From the NCBI GenBank assembly GCA_045598385.1, contig JAZLLY010000016.1:146000-209999 (forward strand): a DNA stretch of 64,000 bases. The letters are read 5' to 3'. The notes below the pieces were generated by a model. It saw only the letters and a program-made list of their open reading frames with translations, ran no database searches and was not told the origin of the DNA. Positions 38,466 to 45,981 of this stretch are shown piece after piece. Position 1 is the first letter of the stretch; each line of letters begins with the position of its first letter. The position numbers and the translations under genes are program-made. The DNA is from Eubacteriales bacterium (lineage in GTDB: Bacteria; Bacillota; Clostridia; Oscillospirales; CAG-272).

Positions 38466-39425
38466 TCAATAAAACGTGGCAACTTCCACCTGCGGTTTTT
38501 CCGCGGGCAGAAGAGACGATACCTTCAGTATCGGTCCCTCACCCTGATAAAGGGGAGAATATCCGAACGAGAGTTTTCCCGTTACGGCGACCCAGTCACG
38601 GGTCTTGAGCGAATGCCCCATCATCCCGGACGCGACGACACCGCGATAAGCGATATCCGCCTCGCAGCACGTCATGATATGGCGCCCGATGGCGAAATCG
38701 CCTTTCGGCAATACGCGGTCAAGGGCAACGATTCCTTTGAAAGAGACGGTTTTCCCGTCGTATTTTCCGAAATCCTCCGACATATCCCGATAAAAAATAG
38801 CAAAATCCTCATCTTTTATCGTGATAACAGGTGCCAGAACGTCGAACGGCAGCGGGTCCTCGAACGTATCGAATTCGATCTCGCCCTTTACGTCCTCATA
38901 ACAGATATTGGCTTTCCGGCTGACCCCTCTGACAAGTTTGTGTAAACTTTCCTTGTCAGTATTTTCCCCTACGCGGTTGAACACCGTCATTTCACAGCTG
39001 GAAAGTTTATCGACGGTCAACTGACGCATATTGGCGTTATAAGAGAGGATCGTCTGACTGTCGGCGATAAATATCTCCTGATAAACCATCCAGTTTTCCG
39101 GCAAAGCGTTATAAAACCGGTCGAGCGTCCACATACCGTTGTATTCCACAACGACGACGTCGGCTTTTGCCCTTTTCTGCATCGCGGAAAGGCGATCAAC
39201 GGTCAAGGACTGTTCGTCATCAATCGTCGTCATCGTGACGTTCGGAGAAAACGCGGTGGGATCGTATTCTTCCTCGCCGTCTTCACAACGGATGATGAGA
39301 TACTCCCGTTTCGCATCGTTGAAATTGGGATCCGCCATCGTTTCAATGATAAACTTTGTTTTTCCCGCCTCAAGAAAGCCGGTAAAAAGATAGACGGGTA
39401 TTTCCACGGGTTTCGACATACGCAT
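38466..39425 (-). CDS. Fusion protein: degenerate CobW/G3E-like P-loop domain plus C-terminal CCxxD (DUF1980/TIGR03943-like) domain
   Basis: The N-terminus YLFTGFLEAGKTKFI keeps the Walker A motif, but the CxCC metal motif is replaced (IIRCEDGEE). The C-terminal approx 110 aa contains GRHIMTCCEADIAYRG, which I remember as the hallmark of the YcgQ/DUF1980 C-terminal domain. The start ATG shares 1 nt with the stop of the upstream CobW gene. Confidence 0.6.
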   Translation of the reverse strand: MRMSKPVEIPVYLFTGFLEAGKTKFIIETMADPNFNDAKREYLIIRCEDGEEEYDPTAFSPNVTMTTIDDEQSLTVDRLSAMQKRAKADVVVVEYNGMWTLDRFYNALPENWMVYQEIFIADSQTILSYNANMRQLTVDKLSSCEMTVFNRVGENTDKESLHKLVRGVSRKANICYEDVKGEIEFDTFEDPLPFDVLAPVITIKDEDFAIFYRDMSEDFGKYDGKTVSFKGIVALDRVLPKGDFAIGRHIMTCCEADIAYRGVVASGMMGHSLKTRDWVAVTGKLSFGYSPLYQGEGPILKVSSLLPAEKPQVEVATFY

Positions 39426-40579
39426 TATACTCCAAACAGTTCGCGAATTTTTTCTTCGTTGATTTTTGAACCGATGACGCAGAGTCTGCCTATGATACCG
39501 GCAGATCCGTAACGGACGTCGGGCTCACCGGGAACATAGTCGAAATGGATCCACTGTCCGTCGGATCCCTCAACGATTCCCTTCGCGCGAAGGATCATGC
39601 CGTAATCCGGATCCTCGACAAACGCTTCGAGCGCCGCTTTGATCTGCTCGGCGGTGAATTTATGCGTCGTTTCTGTTCCCCAACTGGTAAAGACCTCGTC
39701 TGCATGATGATGGTGATGATGCCCGCAATGGCACTCTTCTCCGTCTTCGTGGTGATGATGGTGCTCATGCTCATCGTCATCGTCGTCATCATCGTCGTCG
39801 TGATGATGCCCGCAATGGCATTCTTCCCCGTCTTCGTGGTGATGATGATGCTCATGCTCATCGTCATCGTCGTCGTCATCGTTGTCGTGATGATGCCCGC
39901 AATGGCATTCTTCCCCGTCTTCGTGGTGATGGTGATGTTCGTGTTTTTCTTCCTCGGCAAGTTTGTCGAGAATGTCAAGCAGGGTATCTTTCCGCTCCAT
40001 CGCCTTGAGGATCTCGGCGCCGGAAAGAAGCGCCCAATCGGTCGTTACGACGGTCGCGGTCGGGTTGTGTTCACGCAGGAGGGCAACTGCCTCTTCGATC
40101 TTTGCGTCGCTCGCCTTTGCCGTGTGGGAAAAAACGACGGCAGACGCGTGCTCGATCTGATCATTGAAGAACTCGCCGAAGTTCTTCATATACATTTTGC
40201 ATTTGTTGATATCGACGACTGTCGTGAAACAGTTGAGTTTCGCCTCTTCCGAATCCACAGACGACGCGGCGTTAATGACGTCGGAGAGTTTTCCGACGCC
40301 GGACGGCTCGATGATGATGCGGTCGGGATGATACTCGTCCACGACACTTTTGAGTGCTTTTCTGAAATCACCGACCAGCGAACAGCAAATACAGCCGGAA
40401 TTCATTTCCGTGATGTTGATGCCGGCGTCCTGCAAAAAGCCGCCGTCAATGCCGATCTCGCCGAATTCGTTTTCGATGAGAACGACTTTTTCCCCCTGAT
40501 ACGCTTCCGCGATCAGTTTTTTGATCAGTGTCGTTTTTCCGGCACCGAGGAACCCCGAAAAAATGTCGATTTTTGTCAT
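39425..40579 (-). CDS. CobW/G3E-family metallochaperone GTPase with triplicated His/Asp/Cys-rich insert
   Basis: Walker A SGFLGAGKTTLIKKL, the CxCC motif NSGCICCSL, IIEPSGVGK, and a CobW C-terminal domain (ILRAKGIVEGSDGQWIHFDYV). Between the domains lie three copies of HEHHHHHEDGEECHCGHHHD(N/D)DDDDDDDE. The start is ambiguous: ATG 40579 gives MTKIDIFSGFLG, while ATG 40603 abuts AAGGAG with no spacer. Confidence 0.88.
   Translation of the reverse strand: MTKIDIFSGFLGAGKTTLIKKLIAEAYQGEKVVLIENEFGEIGIDGGFLQDAGINITEMNSGCICCSLVGDFRKALKSVVDEYHPDRIIIEPSGVGKLSDVINAASSVDSEEAKLNCFTTVVDINKCKMYMKNFGEFFNDQIEHASAVVFSHTAKASDAKIEEAVALLREHNPTATVVTTDWALLSGAEILKAMERKDTLLDILDKLAEEEKHEHHHHHEDGEECHCGHHHDNDDDDDDDEHEHHHHHEDGEECHCGHHHDDDDDDDDDEHEHHHHHEDGEECHCGHHHHHHADEVFTSWGTETTHKFTAEQIKAALEAFVEDPDYGMILRAKGIVEGSDGQWIHFDYVPGEPDVRYGSAGIIGRLCVIGSKINEEKIRELFGV
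39713..39950 (-). repeat. Tandem 87-bp coding repeat, about 2.7 copies
   Basis: The plus-strand unit is GTGATGATGCCCGCAATGGCATTCTTCCCCGTCTTCGTGGTGATGATGATGCTCATGCTCATCGTCATCGTCGTCGTCATCGTTGTC. Copies start at approx 39713, 39800 and 39887 and differ by only a few nt. The repeat is in frame (29 codons). Confidence 0.9.
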
Positions 40580-40625
40580 GATACTTTGCCGCTCTTGCGG
40601 CATCTCCTTATACTTTTACGCAATA

Positions 40626-40654
40626 ATTATATATCAGAAAAACGGCAATGTCAA
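40626..40654 (-). promoter_or_regulatory. Consensus sigma-A promoter of the CobW operon
   Basis: The minus strand reads TTGACA (40654..40649), a 17-nt spacer, then TATAAT (40631..40626). Both hexamers are perfect matches. Confidence 0.7.
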
Positions 40655-40661
40655 CATCTCT

Positions 40662-40692
40662 AAAAAAACGGGGTATCAAACCCCGATTTTTT
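40662..40692. terminator. Terminator after the PAP2 gene (bidirectional architecture)
   Basis: AAAAAAA-CGGGGT-ATCA-AACCCCG-ATTTTTT. The minus-strand reading gives a stem followed by TTTTTTTA directly after the PAP2 stop. Confidence 0.75.
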
Positions 40693-41350
40693 ATGGCATT
40701 CTCTCATCCGTCAGTTTCAGAAGACCGGAATAGAAAAACAGAAGAGAGACCGACAAAAACAGTCCGCCGATCAGATCCGTCAACCAATGCACGCCGGACA
40801 AAAACCGTCCTATGACCGTCAGAAACATCATTGACACAAGGACGGATACGATCAGAGTATAAACGATCGTGCCCGTCCGTTTTTTGAAGAGCGGGACGCT
40901 CCCTGCGAAAACGGTCACGGAAAGTACGGTATGCGAGGAGGGGTAAGAGTTCTCCGCTTCCCCATTGAGAAGAACGGGACGGACGTTGATTCCTATGACC
41001 TCAAAAAGAATATAAAAACCTACCGTAAAGGCAAACAGCACGCCGAGGCAAAGAATATCGGGATCGACGAGAAACAACTTTTTTCTTAAAATCCATTGAT
41101 ACGCTCCGAGCAAGGCAAATCCCGACGCCAGAGCGACGGCAAAAAATCCGAGCATCTTTGTCAACCGGTAAAAAAACGGATGAAAAGAAAACCGTAAAGC
41201 AACAGGACGGTTGATAAAAGCAAACCCGACGGTACTGCCGTCGGGTGCTAAACTGTCCTTATCAACAAAACGAAGAAGAACCGTGAAAATGACGAAGATC
41301 GCAAGAAATACCGATGCGGTCAGAAAGTCCTTTTTGGTTCTTTTATTCAT
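40691..41350 (-). CDS. PAP2-family (type 2 phosphatidic acid / undecaprenyl-PP) phosphatase
   Basis: A polytopic membrane protein with YPSSHT (the PSGH-like motif) and SGVHWLTDLIGG (the SRxxxxxHxxxD-type motif). Confidence 0.8.
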   Translation of the reverse strand: MNKRTKKDFLTASVFLAIFVIFTVLLRFVDKDSLAPDGSTVGFAFINRPVALRFSFHPFFYRLTKMLGFFAVALASGFALLGAYQWILRKKLFLVDPDILCLGVLFAFTVGFYILFEVIGINVRPVLLNGEAENSYPSSHTVLSVTVFAGSVPLFKKRTGTIVYTLIVSVLVSMMFLTVIGRFLSGVHWLTDLIGGLFLSVSLLFFYSGLLKLTDERMP

Positions 41351-41353
41351 CTT

Positions 41354-42598
41354 TTAACCTCTGCCGGGGAATACTTCTTTTTCGTAATTTTCGGCTTCAA
41401 AATACCAGTCTTCGACCTGTCCCTCGCGTCTGAGGTATTCACACCAGACGTCGCCGAAAGGCATGGTTTTCATGACTTCGAGAAGATGCTGAAGTTTTCC
41501 GAAAGCCGCCGCATCCTGCAACTGCCGCAAGGTATCGTTCGGCTGAAGAAGCGCAAAAAGCAATCCCTTTTCCACCGAACGCTCGCCGGTCACCCAGGCA
41601 CCGATACGGTTGATGGACGCGTCGAAATAATCCAGCGCGATCTTGACCTTTTCGGTCGCGTCGTTTCTGACGATCTCTTTGCAGAGTTCTTTGAGTTCAT
41701 CCTCAAAAATAACGACGTGATCGCTGTCCCAGCGGACGGGGCGGGAGATATGGAGGGCGACTTTGTCGTAAAAGGCGAGAAGCGAGGGGATCTTGTCGGA
41801 AACGACCTCGGTCGGATGATAATGGCCGGTGTCGAGAAGACAGCAGATCCCGCGCGTCGCTGCGTAATTCTGATAAAATTCGTTATTTCCGACGGTGTAA
41901 CTTTCCAGTCCGATTCCGAACACCTTGCTCTCCACGGCGACCGTCACCCACTCCTTGTCGTAATCGGCAAGAATGCGATCGAGAGAATCTTTCAGGCGCA
42001 GACGGGGAGACAGACGGTCAGCGGGGATATCCTTGTATCCGTCGGGGATCCAGATATTGACAAGACAGGGCGAACCCATAGCGCGCCCGAGTTCCGCGGC
42101 GATCTTCAGGCAACAGATGCCGTGACGGATCCAGAAGGATCTCGTCTCTTCATCCGGGGAGGAAAGGGAAAGACCGTCCTTCATCATGGGATGACCGAAG
42201 AAAGTCGGATTGAAATCGATTCCCTTAATGCCGTTTTCCTTGGCGAACTTCACCCACGGCTCAAAATGACGGAACGTATAGGCGTCTCTGTCAACCTTTC
42301 CCTTATCGTCTCCGAGGATCGCGTAGCAGGCGTGAAGATTGAGACGTTTTTTACCGGGCATAAGAGAAAACGCTTTTTTGATATCCGCCATCAGCTGGTC
42401 GGGACCGGTCGCACGCCCGGGGTAATTTCCGGTGGTCTGGATACCGCCGCTGAGCGAATCGGAACCGTCGAAGCCGAGAACGTCGTCGCCCTGCCAGCAA
42501 TGAACGCTGACGGGAATGTTTTGAAGAACGGAGATCGCTGCCTCGGTATCAATACCGTAAGCGGCGTACATGGCTTTTGCTTCATCGTATCTTGACAT
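41354..42598 (-). CDS. rhaA: L-rhamnose isomerase
   Basis: IPVSVHCWQGDDVLGFD parallels E. coli RhaA LPVSMHCWQGDDVSGFE, and the length (414 aa) fits. No rhaB or rhaD is nearby. Confidence 0.88.
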   Translation of the reverse strand: MSRYDEAKAMYAAYGIDTEAAISVLQNIPVSVHCWQGDDVLGFDGSDSLSGGIQTTGNYPGRATGPDQLMADIKKAFSLMPGKKRLNLHACYAILGDDKGKVDRDAYTFRHFEPWVKFAKENGIKGIDFNPTFFGHPMMKDGLSLSSPDEETRSFWIRHGICCLKIAAELGRAMGSPCLVNIWIPDGYKDIPADRLSPRLRLKDSLDRILADYDKEWVTVAVESKVFGIGLESYTVGNNEFYQNYAATRGICCLLDTGHYHPTEVVSDKIPSLLAFYDKVALHISRPVRWDSDHVVIFEDELKELCKEIVRNDATEKVKIALDYFDASINRIGAWVTGERSVEKGLLFALLQPNDTLRQLQDAAAFGKLQHLLEVMKTMPFGDVWCEYLRREGQVEDWYFEAENYEKEVFPGRG

Positions 42599-42628
42599 AA
42601 CTGACTCCCTTTATTTTATTACGGAAAC

Positions 42629-42657
42629 AGTCTATCACAAAACGTCAGTCTTGTCAA
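42629..42657 (-). promoter_or_regulatory. Candidate sigma-A promoter of rhaA
   Basis: The minus strand reads TTGACA (42657..42652, overlapping the upstream stop codon), a 17-nt spacer, then TAGACT (42634..42629). Confidence 0.5.
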
Positions 42658-44090
42658 GAATAAAAGGCGGAAAAAAGGGCTTCGGTTTCGGAGTACGGGA
42701 TCTCTTTTCCGTATTCGTTCTGCGACGTTTCCCGACCTTTCCCGAGAAGCAGAACGACGTCGCCGCTTCCGGCAAGCGAAACGGCGTATTTCACCGCTTC
42801 TCTTCTGTCTTTCACCGTCTTTGCCCGCGTTTTGTCGGAAAACGCTTCGTACATATCGCCGAGAATACGGTAAGGATTTTCAAAGCCCGGATTATCGGAA
42901 GTGAGAATACAGAGGTCGCACATTCTTTCTCCCATTTTGGCGAGATCGTACCGTCTTTTCTGTCCTCTCTCTCCGACGGAACCGAATACGGCGTACAATT
43001 TTCCGGGATACATTTTCCGGCAAAGAGAACAGACGGCGTAAAGACTCGTCGCATTATGCGCGTAGTCAATGATGACGTCTTTGCCGTCGTGGGAATAACG
43101 CTCAAATCTCCCGCTCACGCTGACGTCCGAAAGAAGCGGCAATACTTTCTCCATAGGTACGGAGAAAAGCCGGCTGACGGCGGCGGCGGAAAGCATCGCG
43201 TTGACAAGTTGATGTTCTCCCGGCATTGGCAAAAAATACTCTTGTCCCCGATAACGGTAGTTCATCCCGTCGGGAGAAAGCCGCGTTACCGTCGCGAAGT
43301 AATCGGCAGGATGCGTTTTCGAGACCGTATATCGCAAAACGCCGGTATCCGTTACGGTATCGGAATAAATATCGTCATCGTTGACCACGGCAAAAGAAAG
43401 CGGAAAATCCGAAAACAGTTTCCGCTTCGCGGAGTAATAAGCACGGAAATCCGCGTGCTCAAAAACACCGATGTGATCCATCCCGATACAGGTAAAAATG
43501 CCGACGCGGATCGGAAGAGCGAAAAGCCGACCGTCGGAAAGACTCTGACTCGACATCTCGATCGTCACGACTTTCACTTCTTCATCCCGCCATTTTGCGA
43601 AAAGCGGAAAGAGAGTGAAAAAATCCGGCGTGGTGTTTTTTGTCTTTTCGTATTTTCCGTTGACGCCAACGCCGAGAGTTCCGACGGCGGCGTTTTTGAT
43701 ACCGAGTTTCGTAAGGATAGACGAGATGAACGATACGACGGTTGTTTTTCCCTTTGTTCCCGTTACACCGATAAAAATCATCTGATTTTGCGGGTAATTG
43801 TAAAGTTTTGATAGCAATTCCCAGGATGTTCGTTTCACGTTATCGGTTTTCAGAACGATAGCGTCAGGCGGCATTTCCGTTTTTTTATCACAAATAAAAA
43901 ACCGACAGCCGCGTTCGTATGCCTCACGAAGATACAGATGACCGTCGGTATGATGCCCCGCCACGCAGGCAAAAACGGATTCACCGTCCGCCTCTCCGGA
44001 GGTGGCCGTCAGCGTTCTGATCTCCCGGTCATTTTCGGTTTCGGCTACATTTTCATACGGTGTATTTCCGAGCAATTTCGATAATTTCAA
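42654..44090 (-). CDS. Mur ligase family protein, MurE-like (UDP-MurNAc-tripeptide synthetase paralogue; amino-acid specificity unclear)
   Basis: Domain 1 (DGESVFACVAGHHTDGHLYLREAYERG), P-loop GVTGTKGKTT, GMDHIG, DYAHN, and SDNPGFENP where DAP-adding MurE has DNPR. I trimmed the start to TTG 44090 (MKLSKLLGN), which overlaps the upstream stop as TTGA. The longer track ORF has an Arg-rich N-terminus inside the upstream gene. Confidence 0.8.
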   Translation of the reverse strand: MKLSKLLGNTPYENVAETENDREIRTLTATSGEADGESVFACVAGHHTDGHLYLREAYERGCRFFICDKKTEMPPDAIVLKTDNVKRTSWELLSKLYNYPQNQMIFIGVTGTKGKTTVVSFISSILTKLGIKNAAVGTLGVGVNGKYEKTKNTTPDFFTLFPLFAKWRDEEVKVVTIEMSSQSLSDGRLFALPIRVGIFTCIGMDHIGVFEHADFRAYYSAKRKLFSDFPLSFAVVNDDDIYSDTVTDTGVLRYTVSKTHPADYFATVTRLSPDGMNYRYRGQEYFLPMPGEHQLVNAMLSAAAVSRLFSVPMEKVLPLLSDVSVSGRFERYSHDGKDVIIDYAHNATSLYAVCSLCRKMYPGKLYAVFGSVGERGQKRRYDLAKMGERMCDLCILTSDNPGFENPYRILGDMYEAFSDKTRAKTVKDRREAVKYAVSLAGSGDVVLLLGKGRETSQNEYGKEIPYSETEALFSAFYS

Positions 44091-45307
44091 AGCGCGTCTT
44101 TTGCCATCCTTTCTTTCGTAAACGCTTTCCCTCTTCTCTTTTCGTGGATCATGACGTAGATCGCTCTGACCGGACGAAAACGCACGTCCGCATTCCCGTG
44201 GAAAGGAGAAAAGGCGAACCCGTTTTTCGCGTACTCTTCGGCGAGAGAAAGAAGTTGTGCATTCTCGGCGTGCTCTCTCACGGTCCTGTCGTTGACACAT
44301 CGCCAGTATATCCCGGGATACGTCAGTTTCTTCGGATAGTTATCTCCCGCCGCCTCGGTTCTCAGAAACTCCGCGACGCTGACCCCGCATCCTCTCAGAT
44401 AATCTGAACTTCTTCCCTGCCTCGGATTCATTTCGAGAACGTAAACTTTTCCGTCTTTCCCGTACAGGATATCGAAATTCCCGATGCCCTCATAGCCGAT
44501 CTCCTGGCAATAGGCAAGAAGACGATGCGAGATCTCATCCATCGGCGCCGTAACGATCGCGGCGTAATTTCCTCTCGCGGTCGGCGCCCGCTCTTCGAGA
44601 AGAATATGCCCGAGAACACCGCGCCGCACTCTGCCGTCCTTTCCGATCATAACGGTGAAAGTTGCCATAGACCGCGCATCAACGTATTTCTGGAGCAAAA
44701 GTGTTTTGTCGTATCCCGCGGCAAAAATCCCGGTGGCGATCTTTTCGGCTTCTTCCCGGTTTTTTGGGAAATACACTTTCTTCATACCCGGAAAAGGATG
44801 GCTGTAATACGCCGTACTGTCGGACGGTTTCAGTACCGCCGGGAAAGGAATATCGCTCGCGGTCAATACCTTTTCCACTTCAAATACCGAGCCGATGACT
44901 TCGGTTTTCGGGTATGCTATCTCATGCCGGTCGAGCGACTCGTAAAACGATTTCTTATCCGACACCATGAAAAATATATCTTTCGGCGGAATGAAAAAAG
45001 TGTATTTTTCCCGCAGTATTTCCCGCGTTTTCTCGAGGAAAGACAGGTACCAGTCGGAGCAAGGCACCAGAAACAGTTCCTCTTCTCTGTGTTTTTCCGC
45101 AAAAGACAAAAGTGCGGCAACGCCGCATTCTTCTTTGTCCATGTCTTTCACGACGTGTGTCCTGACAAAGCGTGAATGTTCGGTGATGCCGCACTTGTAG
45201 CGTCCGAACGCGTGAGATTTCAGACCGTAAGTTTCAAAAAACGAGAGCGCCACGGAATAAGCGTTCAGATCCAATCCGAGCAAAACGGGAACGAATGAGC
45301 GTCGCAT
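44087..45307 (-). CDS. ATP-grasp carboxylate-amine ligase (D-aspartate-ligase-like family)
   Basis: From the ATG at 45307 (RBS AAGGAGGATT) the protein reads MRRSFVPVLLGLDLNAYS. It continues with PAVLKPSDS, LLLQKYV and GNFDILYGKDGKVYVLEMNPRQGRSS, the ATP-grasp E-x-N-x-R Mg/ATP motif. Confidence 0.75.
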   Translation of the reverse strand: MRRSFVPVLLGLDLNAYSVALSFFETYGLKSHAFGRYKCGITEHSRFVRTHVVKDMDKEECGVAALLSFAEKHREEELFLVPCSDWYLSFLEKTREILREKYTFFIPPKDIFFMVSDKKSFYESLDRHEIAYPKTEVIGSVFEVEKVLTASDIPFPAVLKPSDSTAYYSHPFPGMKKVYFPKNREEAEKIATGIFAAGYDKTLLLQKYVDARSMATFTVMIGKDGRVRRGVLGHILLEERAPTARGNYAAIVTAPMDEISHRLLAYCQEIGYEGIGNFDILYGKDGKVYVLEMNPRQGRSSDYLRGCGVSVAEFLRTEAAGDNYPKKLTYPGIYWRCVNDRTVREHAENAQLLSLAEEYAKNGFAFSPFHGNADVRFRPVRAIYVMIHEKRRGKAFTKERMAKDAL

Positions 45308-45315
45308 AATCCTCC

Positions 45316-45810
45316 TTATGCTTTTTCTCCGAGTTTTCCCACGGTCTTCATGCCGTCGAATCCCCATTGCCGCAAGACTTCGTAAGCCGCGACGGCGACC
45401 GCGTTTGAAAGATTCAGACAGCGGCGATCCTTTAGCATCGGAATGCGGACGGTCTTTTCCTTTTCTCTTTCGAGAAGATCGTCGGGAAGACCTACCGATT
45501 CTCTGCCGAAACAAAGAAATACGTTTTCGGGATAGGAAATATCGGTATAATTTCCGACGCCTTTGGCGGAAAAATAATAGATGTCCGCCGACGGATTTTT
45601 TGCCTTGAAATCTTCATAATCGTCGTAATAGGTGACATCGAGCGTATCCCAATAATCCAGTCCGGCGCGTTTGAGCGTTCTGTCGGTTATCTCAAATCCG
45701 ATCGGGCGGATGATGTGGAGCGCCGCGCCCGTCACGGAACAGGTCCTCGAAATATTGCCGGTATTCTGCGGGATCTCCGGAGCGTAAAGCACGATATTCA
45801 GTTTTTTCAT
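45316..45810 (-). CDS. trmL: tRNA (cytidine/uridine-34 2'-O)-methyltransferase TrmL
   Basis: From the ATG at 45810 the protein reads [39 protein letters not shown]...RAGLDYW...[11 protein letters not shown]...[15 protein letters not shown], the SpoU/TrmL signature. Confidence 0.9.
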   Translation of the reverse strand: MKKLNIVLYAPEIPQNTGNISRTCSVTGAALHIIRPIGFEITDRTLKRAGLDYWDTLDVTYYDDYEDFKAKNPSADIYYFSAKGVGNYTDISYPENVFLCFGRESVGLPDDLLEREKEKTVRIPMLKDRRCLNLSNAVAVAAYEVLRQWGFDGMKTVGKLGEKA

Positions 45811-45855
45811 CTTTACTATGCCCTCTTTTTCGGAAAATATCAACGTACTCCCCTT

Positions 45856-45883
45856 ATTTTACCGTTTTGCCGGAAAAAGTCAA
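45856..45883 (-). promoter_or_regulatory. Candidate sigma-A promoter of trmL / ATP-grasp / MurE-like operon
   Basis: The minus strand reads TTGACT (45883..45878), a 16-nt spacer, then TAAAAT (45861..45856). Confidence 0.5.
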
Positions 45884-45945
45884 GGGCAAAACCTTTTCAT
45901 TCCGTCCTTAATTTACAATTTTTTCTTTTCTTTTACGAAATTATA

Positions 45946-45954
45946 TGTTATAAT
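45946..45954 (+). promoter_or_regulatory. Extended -10 element upstream of secA
   Basis: TGTTATAAT lies 28 nt upstream of the secA ATG. No good -35 is present at 16-18 nt. Confidence 0.35.
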
Positions 45955-45981
45955 GGGTATAACGTTATTTGCGGAGGCATT

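Noticed and set aside
39700-39960. Repeat array considered as a possible CRISPR or minisatellite
   Set aside because: The repeats are contiguous with no spacers, lie in frame within a CobW gene, and encode a coherent His/Asp/Cys cassette. This is a coding tandem repeat.
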